A stretch of 64,000 nt of DNA from IMG/VR virus record IMGVR_UViG_3300023243_000009, positions 74,668-138,667 of that record; one strand, 5' to 3'. Under the pieces are notes generated by a model. That model ran no database searches. It was not told where the DNA came from and saw only the letters and a list, made by a program, of their open reading frames with translations. The stretch is from a virus. Numbering within the stretch: the first letter of the stretch is position 1; each line of letters begins with the position of its first letter. The translations under genes were made by a program, and so were the position numbers. This document shows positions 56,155-64,000 of this stretch, piece by piece.

Positions 56155-56806
56155 TTTTTTAAATAAAGATATTTCCTTTTACTCCAGGTACCATTTTTTT
56201 GATTTCTTCTTTAGAGTATTTTTTAGAAATGGGGGTATTTCTTAAATTAAGATAACCTCCTACTTTTAAACCTTGAGGTAGGGTGGTTATTGAGGTATCA
56301 TTTAAATAAAGATAACCTCCTACTTCTAAATTATCAGGTAGAGAGGTAATTGGGGTATTAGCTACCCCTAAATATCCTCCTACTTTTAAATTATCAGGTA
56401 GAGAGGTAATTGGGGTATTATCTACCCATAAATCTCCTCCTACTTTTAAATTATAAGGTAGAGAGGTAATTGGGGTATTAGCTACCCATAAATATCCTCC
56501 TACTTTTAAATTATCAGGTAGAGAGGTAATTGGGGTATTAGATACCCATAAATCTCCTCCTACTTTTAAATTATCAGGTAGAGAAGTTATTTTAGTATTT
56601 CGTAAAACTAAACCTCCTCCTACTTGTAAATTATTAGGTAGAGAGGTTATAGGTGAATTTGATAGGTCTAGTTCTCCTTTTCCTCCATTTTTAATATATT
56701 GTTGTATTTTTTTTTGGGTAGCAATTAAAAAATTATTAGCACGTTCTTCAGCAGAACGACGAGGTACTAATATTTTATTTTCGAGTATGTCTAGTAGTTT
56801 TATCAT
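56155..56806. repeat. 652-bp direct repeat, copy 2
   Basis: Identical to 54744-55395. Confidence 0.9.
56159..56806 (-). CDS. 20-residue leucine-rich-repeat protein (copy 2)
   Basis: Identical 215-aa protein. Confidence 0.8.
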   Translation of the reverse strand: MIKLLDILENKILVPRRSAEERANNFLIATQKKIQQYIKNGGKGELDLSNSPITSLPNNLQVGGGLVLRNTKITSLPDNLKVGGDLWVSNTPITSLPDNLKVGGYLWVANTPITSLPYNLKVGGDLWVDNTPITSLPDNLKVGGYLGVANTPITSLPDNLEVGGYLYLNDTSITTLPQGLKVGGYLNLRNTPISKKYSKEEIKKMVPGVKGNIFI

Positions 56807-56816
56807 TTGTTAAATA

Positions 56817-56844
56817 TAAAAAGGCTTGGCTATAAAGCCAAGCC
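56817..56844 (-). terminator. Rho-independent terminator after the tail tube gene
   Basis: GGCTTGGCT TTAT AGCCAAGCC TTTTT. Confidence 0.8.
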
Positions 56845-56871
56845 AATTTAAGATTAATTGTAAGTATAATT

Positions 56872-57360
56872 TTAGAAATTTAACACGCAATAATCAGGTT
56901 GAACTGTCATTGTAATTTCTTGAGCAGCATTTTCAGTATCCCAGTTATACTCTCCAAAACTAGCATCTGTAATTAATGCTCCTTTGATGATCCATTCTGA
57001 TACTACATCTCCTACAGGACCTAACACGTTAAATGTTAAATCTTTTTTATAGAAATCACTATAACCATCTCTACCAGTTACAGATTCGTGATGTAATCTT
57101 ACCCATTCCATTACTGATTGTGCACCTGAAGGTGTGATTGGGTCAAACAATGTGAACTGGATAGTTCCCCATTTAGTTTTACCTTTTACATATCTTTCAA
57201 CGTTAATATGGTTAAGAGCTACGGTTCCTTGGGTTAAAGTTACGGCTCCCATTCCTTTTACAATGTATGATGGAAAACCATCCATGTACATTATAAACCT
57301 ATTCTTTTGTTTAGGTTCGAAGGAGGTATAAAATATTTCGTTTGGGTCTAATACTGCCAT
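56872..57360 (-). CDS. Tail tube protein (T4 gp19-like)
   Basis: FEPKQKNRF, YKKD, LGPVGDVV.EW.I.GA, DYCVLNF; follows the sheath gene. Confidence 0.88.
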   Translation of the reverse strand: MAVLDPNEIFYTSFEPKQKNRFIMYMDGFPSYIVKGMGAVTLTQGTVALNHINVERYVKGKTKWGTIQFTLFDPITPSGAQSVMEWVRLHHESVTGRDGYSDFYKKDLTFNVLGPVGDVVSEWIIKGALITDASFGEYNWDTENAAQEITMTVQPDYCVLNF

Positions 57361-57405
57361 TTTTTATATGTTTTTATTTTGTTATAAATATATTAAAGTT
57401 AGATC

Positions 57406-59124
57406 TTATGAAGGGAATGTTGCTCCCGTTGGTAACACATTAAAGTCTAATATAATGAATTCAGCTGTTTTAGTTGGCTGAATGAATATTTGACCTAATA
57501 ATTCATTTCTATCAATAACATCGGCGGTATTATTTGTATCATCCATTACCACTTTAAAAGTATATAAACCTTGACGTTGTTGAACACTTTCTAAATATGG
57601 GTTAACTTGAGATAAGAAATTATTTCGGGTTGCAAGAGTGTTTTGTTCAAATACTAAAGTATCCGCAACTTGAGAAATATATGATTTCAAAGAAATTAAC
57701 AATCTTCTTACGTTTACTCTATCTAAAGCACTAGACCTTTTCTGTAGAGTTTTCTGTCCAAATACTACCACCCCAGTTCCTGGGAATGTGGCTATTGGGT
57801 TTACATTAGCCCCGTATAAAGCATCTCTTTGTCCCGCTGTAATTTTCTTTGCAGCTCTAACTACCTGACCTAAACCACCTCTTGTAACACCTGCAGGTGC
57901 GAACCAAGGTTCACTTGTTGCGTCAGTGTATGCGTATACTCCAGGAATCATGGTTGATGCTGGGACGAATTGTAATTGGCCTGTATTTGGGTCAACTGTC
58001 TGAACCCATGGCCAATATGTAGCAGCGTAACTATTATCAAATCCCGAAGCGGCAGTAATAGCCTGAGAAGACACAGCATCATAAACCGTTAAATCTATTA
58101 TTGAGATATTATCTCCCCTACTAATACTATTATTAACTAAGTTTGTGATTTGGGTAGCGTGGTTTGGTAATTTACTTATCAAACCCGGTACTGAGATTAT
58201 GTTAAACTTATAATCATCAACATTTGAAAGTAATGCAATAGCCTTATCGTAATCTGATCCTACTAAACCTTGAGTATCTATATTACTAATAGAAGTATAA
58301 AATTGATTTCCACCACTGTTAGTAGTTTCATTGGAACCAGCAGCACCTTCAAATGAACCTGAAGCTATAGCTGGCATGAAGTCAATGTACGTATCTTTTA
58401 CAGTACCATCATTATCAAAGTAATTAGGAGTTGGTTTATTTACAGATTTTACTCTTACATATCTAGAGGCATTAGGGTATGAACCTACTTCTTGGATGTA
58501 ATACCCATCATCTGTTTTTAAGGTTTGATCCATATCTCCAATTACTTTTGAAATATAATTTGAGGAATAAGGGTCTAATGATAGGTTGTTGTAAGATTCT
58601 AATACTGATTTTTGTTTGTTGTTATCGTTTCCTCTACGGATTAATAAACTAAAAGTTCCGGATTTTGCATTTGATGAAGCAATTTCCCATCTAATATTAT
58701 CTGCTGAACCTAATTCTAAAGAACCATTTGCAGATTCCGTGCTAGTACTATTCATAATAATACCCTCAGATATAGTTTCTAATGCAAATGCCTCAACAGC
58801 CTCACCATTAGATATGGTAGTAGATGTTGCAGGTGAGAATGAACCTGAAGTTACTCTGGTTACTAATAATGAATTACCCCCATTTTGGAAGTAGTTGTTT
58901 GCTGCAATCGAAGTTAGATAAGAATACACGTTTGATCCACTTTCTACAGTAGTACCAAATACAGATGTATACTGGCTGTATGAAGTAACAATAGTTGGGA
59001 TTTCAACGGGACCTCTAGAAGTTGGACCAATAATTGCTGCTCCAACTTCTACTGGACCTTGTGTAATCTGGGATTTGTCATTTTCCCTTGCTAAAACGCC
59101 TGGAGATAATAAAGTTTCTGCCAT
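57406..59124 (-). CDS. Contractile tail sheath protein (T4 gp18-like)
   Basis: LSPGVLARE, YWPW, PWFAPAG, VNPI, LDRVNVRRLL. Confidence 0.93.
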   Translation of the reverse strand: MAETLLSPGVLARENDKSQITQGPVEVGAAIIGPTSRGPVEIPTIVTSYSQYTSVFGTTVESGSNVYSYLTSIAANNYFQNGGNSLLVTRVTSGSFSPATSTTISNGEAVEAFALETISEGIIMNSTSTESANGSLELGSADNIRWEIASSNAKSGTFSLLIRRGNDNNKQKSVLESYNNLSLDPYSSNYISKVIGDMDQTLKTDDGYYIQEVGSYPNASRYVRVKSVNKPTPNYFDNDGTVKDTYIDFMPAIASGSFEGAAGSNETTNSGGNQFYTSISNIDTQGLVGSDYDKAIALLSNVDDYKFNIISVPGLISKLPNHATQITNLVNNSISRGDNISIIDLTVYDAVSSQAITAASGFDNSYAATYWPWVQTVDPNTGQLQFVPASTMIPGVYAYTDATSEPWFAPAGVTRGGLGQVVRAAKKITAGQRDALYGANVNPIATFPGTGVVVFGQKTLQKRSSALDRVNVRRLLISLKSYISQVADTLVFEQNTLATRNNFLSQVNPYLESVQQRQGLYTFKVVMDDTNNTADVIDRNELLGQIFIQPTKTAEFIILDFNVLPTGATFPS

Positions 59125-59186
59125 TTTATAATATGATTAAAGTTTTGTTTTTGTTTATTATAAATATGACACAAGAGCTTAAAAAA

Positions 59187-59438
59187 CTATTCTACTTTGG
59201 TAAATTCCCCAGTTTCAATATTTATATTACCAATACCGTATTTTTCTTGTAGATCTTTACCTAACTTGTTTTGGGATTCTTGTAAATCTGCGAGTTTGTT
59301 AAGTAAATCATTTTTTTGACCTTCTAAGATAGCTTTTTGAACTTCTACCTGTCCTAATGACATGGTAATTTGATTCGAATTAACTTGGATGTCTTTTAAC
59401 TCTTGTAATTCTTTTTCTGTTAAATTTGTTGTTTCCAT
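59187..59438 (-). CDS. Small coiled-coil protein
   Basis: 83 aa ending KYG.GNINIETGEF. Confidence 0.6.
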   Translation of the reverse strand: METTNLTEKELQELKDIQVNSNQITMSLGQVEVQKAILEGQKNDLLNKLADLQESQNKLGKDLQEKYGIGNINIETGEFTKVE

Positions 59439-59508
59439 TTTGTTTTAAATTTGATTATTTTTTCGGTGGATTGAATATACTAAATATATTTCAATATTCC
59501 AAATTATT

Positions 59509-59847
59509 TTATAAAGTTTCTTCTACAAGTGTATTCCAAGGAGCAGGTAATACTACATTTACAGGAGTTACTTTAATTGTAATTTGATTTGAAATATTTT
59601 CTTGCATTGATTCCATATCCAATTGACCTTCCAACCATCCTGTTACTTGCTCTTCAGTAAGTTCAGTAAAAGGTGTAAAATCTTCAGGATTAGGTGTTCC
59701 AACAGATTGTGCTCCGTATATTTCAGCGGATACACTATTTTCGTCTGTTCCACTATATCTCCAGTGGATTGTTTGGACGATATTTTCTAGTCCCTCTTCA
59801 TCTATTTTACAATCTAATGCGTTTATGGTCCATTTGTAAGTAATCAT
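59509..59847 (-). CDS. Conserved tail-fibre-associated small protein
   Basis: YKWTI...IHWRY...FTPFTELTEEQV..W pattern. Confidence 0.55.
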   Translation of the reverse strand: MITYKWTINALDCKIDEEGLENIVQTIHWRYSGTDENSVSAEIYGAQSVGTPNPEDFTPFTELTEEQVTGWLEGQLDMESMQENISNQITIKVTPVNVVLPAPWNTLVEETL

Positions 59848-59887
59848 GTTTTATTTATTATTTGTTATTTATTATTACCTCTCTAAT

Positions 59888-61207
59888 CTACCAAAGACCA
59901 AGACATATGTTTGTTATATCTAAAAGACCGCTACTACCATTTCCTGAAATATTTGTTACAGTTTGTGTTCCAGGAGCTACTATAGAACTTCCATCAACAT
60001 CTCTAAGCCAAGCACCGAAGTAAAAAGTATTAGTCCCAGAAGAATTGGTACTTTGATATGCACCTATTTCTGTACCTGTAGCGGGAACTCTAACTTCTGT
60101 ATTATTTATTGAATTAGTTTTTCCTAAAGCAATGTTTACAATTAAACCGGTATAGCTAGTATTAAACTTAGAGGCAACTACACTTGTGCTTAGACTTGTT
60201 GTGGAATTACTACTATTTATAACTTTATCAGATAAGCTGCCTGCTGTGGCATCTCTTATACTAAACATACCAACAATATAGTAAGTTCCGGCAGAATTTA
60301 CATATGTAACTGTTCTGCTTCCTGTTTGGTTAACTACACATTTAAAAACTTTTATACCTCCATAATAAGTGGATGTCCAGGAATTACCACTAGTGTCAGT
60401 TATAGACCCAGCACTTAATCCAGTACTACCGTCTGATACAACAAAATACAACACATCATCATTAGATGAAACTGTAAAGCTTAAGGACTTATTTGTATTT
60501 GAATTAAACCCTGAGGATATACCTACATAAGGTCTTGTAATAGAGGAAACAGCAGTACATACACCATTAACATCTAGTTCAAAAGTATTACCATTTGAAT
60601 AAACTCTAAACCAAGTTTTTGTAGATGACCAATTTGGGATAGAACCAGTCGAGCTAGCGCTACCGCGAACTAAATCCCCTACCGCTGGATAAGTGCCTGC
60701 CCCATTATGGTAGTAAAATGTATTTGAAAGTAAGGTAGCTACCGCACTAAAATCTTCGTTTTCAGTTGAATCAAAATTTTTCCAGTTATTACAAGAATCT
60801 ACATCTGTAACAATCCCAGAAACTACTGTTAAAAATTGGTTGTATAAAATCTTAAACCTCCCATCACTTAAACTCCCGCTCCCGTCAGAGTTTGGTCTAA
60901 CAGCGTCTCCTACAGAGGGCTGGAACCCATTACCACTATGGTAGTAGGTTTGGCCGGTCGTATCTAAACAGGGGACAAAGCTTCTTGAAATACCGCTAGA
61001 GTATGCCACCCAAGTAACTGCGGGTGTAGCATTATAATTTCTAAAGTTTAATAAGTTGTTTAAGGGTGGTCCATCATAGAGAGGGTCATATTTACTAGTC
61101 ACAGCATCTGCAAAACAATCTACAAGATCGTTTGTCGTGGGTACTACAACGTTTACTACATCTTGTAAAGTAAATGTAGTTGTATTTGGAACTGACAGTG
61201 GTGGCAT
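59888..61207 (-). CDS. Putative virion / fibre-associated protein
   Basis: 439 aa, S/T/G-rich, repeated YYH.G.G..P.VGD.VR modules. Confidence 0.55.
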   Translation of the reverse strand: MPPLSVPNTTTFTLQDVVNVVVPTTNDLVDCFADAVTSKYDPLYDGPPLNNLLNFRNYNATPAVTWVAYSSGISRSFVPCLDTTGQTYYHSGNGFQPSVGDAVRPNSDGSGSLSDGRFKILYNQFLTVVSGIVTDVDSCNNWKNFDSTENEDFSAVATLLSNTFYYHNGAGTYPAVGDLVRGSASSTGSIPNWSSTKTWFRVYSNGNTFELDVNGVCTAVSSITRPYVGISSGFNSNTNKSLSFTVSSNDDVLYFVVSDGSTGLSAGSITDTSGNSWTSTYYGGIKVFKCVVNQTGSRTVTYVNSAGTYYIVGMFSIRDATAGSLSDKVINSSNSTTSLSTSVVASKFNTSYTGLIVNIALGKTNSINNTEVRVPATGTEIGAYQSTNSSGTNTFYFGAWLRDVDGSSIVAPGTQTVTNISGNGSSGLLDITNICLGLW

Positions 61208-63999
61208 TATTTCTCTAATTGTTTAATTCTATTTTCTAACTCCGCTATCTTTGATATTAACAAGTCAATATACTTAACCGACTTAAACCCTTCGCTATCT
61301 GTAACTATAAACTCTGGATGTTCTACTTCCAACTCTTGAGCTATAACCCCTACTCTATACCCTTCATCTGAATCTTTTATGTTAAATGATTTCCAGTTTG
61401 CTTTTATTTTCTTAGGTTGTATTTCTACTATATTTTCTTTTAATCTTTCGTCAGAGGATAATATAAAGTTTGTTGCGGTAACTGTACTAGTGAACCTACC
61501 TGTGCCCGTTACGTCTAGTTTATATGTGTTGTTTGTGTTGCCTATAGATACATTACCACCTGACTGTATTATCATTCTAGTGTTTACATTAGCTATAGAT
61601 ACTGTGTTAGTATTAAATCTAATTGTACCATGACTAGATAGATTTAATTCAGAATTATCATATTGCCCTACTACACCTACTACATCACCATCATCCCAAA
61701 ACTCTAGGATAGCATCTTTGTCTGTACCTCCTGAGTCTATTATAACTTGAGGAACTCCTGTTGTTCCATTACCTTTAACGTGTAACTTAGCAGCCGGACT
61801 AGTCGTCCCAATTCCCACAAAACCATTTGTATGAATACGCATTTTCTCAGCTGAATTAGACTGTGTAAAAGTAATGGGTGATGTATCGCTTGTTGCAAAG
61901 CCTATTTGTGCCCCTTCCGTATAAATACCTCTTATTCCATCAGCTGCGTTAATACGAAACCCTCCTAAATTACTATATCCAATAACCTGTAGTGCAGCTC
62001 TCTGAGCAGAGTTGCCATCATATATTTTGACTATAGGTGTTGTTTCTGCTGTGTTTCTTGTTACATCTAGTTTAGCCCCAGGACTAGTTGTCCCGATCCC
62101 GACGTTGCCGCCGGACTTTATGGTTAGTTTTTCTGTTGGTGTGCCAGTTAAAGTTGGATTAGTTAATATACTAAAATCTCCACCACCGGAACCGTCTCTC
62201 TTGTGTCTTAGAATAGTGCCAAGTGTTCCTGCCGTAGTGTTACCGGCTATCATCTTTATGTCTACAAAGTCGTTAGCGTTGCCTGCTGTTTGTATTAGTT
62301 CTAAAAATGTACCGCTTGAACCCGACCTAATGTCAAGTTTGGAATTAGGAGCTGTAGTCCCAATACCGACGTTACCGTTATTAACGGGGTTTAATAATAT
62401 ATGTCTGACGCCTGAGTAGTAAGATTGACCTCCTATTTCAAAATTATTAGTAGTAGTATTTTGAACTCCTACGTTCCAATAAGGTATTACACCTGTTGCT
62501 CCAAAGCTAACTTTGTTAGCGCTTTGAAGTCTTATATTTCCAGCAACATCTAACTTGCCGAAAGGATTATCTGTACCAATCCCGACGTTGCCTCCGTTTG
62601 GGTTTAAAAGTAAGTTTCTTGAAACACTTAAATCAGCTGGATTTTGCGCTTGAATCCAAGCAGGATAACCTTGCGCAGAAGCATTAGCAATACCTATATT
62701 TAACTCAACACCTGCCCAAGTAGTATCTGTATGTCCTATTCTAAACCCTCCTGTTGGGCTCGTCCCCGTAGCAATAGGGTAAACCATTTCAGCTCCCGTT
62801 AAAGCAATATCTAGTTTATTTCTAGGGTTAGTCGTTCCAATCCCGACGTTGCCGCCGTTAAAAAACGAATCTCCTGCAGCGGTAATGTAAGTGGAAATAG
62901 TATCTGCGCCATTAGTTAATTCTAAAACACCTGCAAAATTACCTATTTTTAATTGACCCCTTACCCTGTTGGTTGCTCCATCTGGATTATAAACTACAGT
63001 AATACCATCAACATTCGCGCTTTGCGCAGAAGGTGAAACAACTAAATTAGATTGAGCAGGATTAGTCGTCCCTATCCCGACGTTTCCGTTATTGTCAATC
63101 CTCAGTCTTTCACTTGAAGCAGTAGCTAAAGCAATCTCACCACCAGTACTTATAGCGTTAATAGTGTGCAAGGCTCCTGCTGAACCGTTAACTGTAGAAC
63201 TTGTAAACTTTAAAGCTCTACCACCAGAGGCACCTCCACCCACTTTTAAGTAAAGACCTTCTGAACCTTTATCAATAACCAATTTTGCATCTGGAGTGGT
63301 CGTTCCGATACCTATGTTACCATTACCTAATACAATTAATCTTGTATTACCAGTATCATCTGCAAAGCCACTTGTTAGAGTTACACCAGACCTTACTTGA
63401 AAGGCTGTTCCATCATTTCTAGTTGTTCCAACCATCACACCTGCATTAGAAGCATTACCCCAAGCATTCACAATAGAACTATGGCTTCCAACTGACTGGT
63501 CTGTCACTATTCTTAAACTAGGATTTCCATTTGTATCAGGCATCCATATACCACTAGAAGCTGGAGTGTTAGTATCTACAAGTAGTACTCCGTTTTGTAA
63601 ATGTAATTTTTGTGACGGACTAGTTGTCCCGATCCCAACGTTACCGTTATTAACGGGGTTTAATAATATATGTCTGACGCCTGAGTAATAAGATTGACCT
63701 CCTATTTCAAAATTATTAGTAGTAGTATTTTGAACTCCTACGTTCCAATAAGCTATTACACCTGTTGCTCCAAAGTGAACTTGGTTAGCGCTTTCAAGTC
63801 TTATATTTCCAGCAACATCTAACTTACCGGAAGGACTAGCCGTCCCAATGCCAACGCTAGTTCCATTATCATAAACTAAGCTATTCCCTAAAGTAGTAGT
63901 TCCTGTAAATTTAGGTAAATAGTTTGTAGTACCTGTACCTGTTATGGGGTTTGTTAAAGCTGTTTGTGCTCCTATATCTCCGGGGGTTAAAGTTCTAGG
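61207..63999 (-). CDS. Long tail fibre with GNVGIGT modules and a C-terminal S74 intramolecular chaperone (5'-truncated by the window)
   Basis: Frame stays open upstream of the annotated ATG to the window edge; SSDERLKENI...GVIAQELE...P. Confidence 0.88.
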   Translation of the reverse strand, partial: PRTLTPGDIGAQTALTNPITGTGTTNYLPKFTGTTTLGNSLVYDNGTSVGIGTASPSGKLDVAGNIRLESANQVHFGATGVIAYWNVGVQNTTTNNFEIGGQSYYSGVRHILLNPVNNGNVGIGTTSPSQKLHLQNGVLLVDTNTPASSGIWMPDTNGNPSLRIVTDQSVGSHSSIVNAWGNASNAGVMVGTTRNDGTAFQVRSGVTLTSGFADDTGNTRLIVLGNGNIGIGTTTPDAKLVIDKGSEGLYLKVGGGASGGRALKFTSSTVNGSAGALHTINAISTGGEIALATASSERLRIDNNGNVGIGTTNPAQSNLVVSPSAQSANVDGITVVYNPDGATNRVRGQLKIGNFAGVLELTNGADTISTYITAAGDSFFNGGNVGIGTTNPRNKLDIALTGAEMVYPIATGTSPTGGFRIGHTDTTWAGVELNIGIANASAQGYPAWIQAQNPADLSVSRNLLLNPNGGNVGIGTDNPFGKLDVAGNIRLQSANKVSFGATGVIPYWNVGVQNTTTNNFEIGGQSYYSGVRHILLNPVNNGNVGIGTTAPNSKLDIRSGSSGTFLELIQTAGNANDFVDIKMIAGNTTAGTLGTILRHKRDGSGGGDFSILTNPTLTGTPTEKLTIKSGGNVGIGTTSPGAKLDVTRNTAETTPIVKIYDGNSAQRAALQVIGYSNLGGFRINAADGIRGIYTEGAQIGFATSDTSPITFTQSNSAEKMRIHTNGFVGIGTTSPAAKLHVKGNGTTGVPQVIIDSGGTDKDAILEFWDDGDVVGVVGQYDNSELNLSSHGTIRFNTNTVSIANVNTRMIIQSGGNVSIGNTNNTYKLDVTGTGRFTSTVTATNFILSSDERLKENIVEIQPKKIKANWKSFNIKDSDEGYRVGVIAQELEVEHPEFIVTDSEGFKSVKYIDLLISKIAELENRIKQLEK
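62369..62556. repeat. ~188-bp near-identical fibre module (second copy at 63638-63825)
   Basis: Direct comparison of the two segments shows only a few substitutions. Confidence 0.85.
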
Positions 64000-64000
64000 T

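Noticed and set aside
54748-56806. Diversity-generating retroelement (TR/VR pair) explanation for the LRR duplication
   Set aside because: The copies are identical, repeat differences are not adenine-specific, and no reverse transcriptase is in the window

Overview
Segment of a large, AT-rich, T4-like myovirus genome that probably infects Bacteroidota/Flavobacteriia. The host inference rests on a DUF4494-like gene, Bacteroidota-type nrdA/queC and TTTG/TTAG...TAnnTTTR promoters. Essentially all real genes are on the - strand; the + strand ORFs in the track are shadows. From high to low coordinates: a tail-fibre gene (5'-truncated, S74 chaperone), sheath, tube, a duplicated LRR gene flanking one gene, tape measure and baseplate; then a replication block (PolA-like, SSB, UvsX, RNase H, DnaB, nrdB). 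nrdA is fractured by a naturally split intein with a free-standing GIY-YIG gene between the halves. Next come lysis genes and a dispersed 7-deazaguanine pathway (TGT/DpdA-like, queC, queD, queE, folE, plus PRTase and MazG-like genes). A ~6.3-kb RNA region carries 26 tRNAs covering all 20 amino acids, 5 aberrant tRNA-like RNAs and many self-contained structured spacers that look like ncRNAs. The window ends with a PolB split into two genes, sliding clamp, groES/groEL, clamp loader and a PD-(D/E)XK nuclease. Protein and RNA calls are by motif recognition and manual base-pairing only; no database search or folding program was run.
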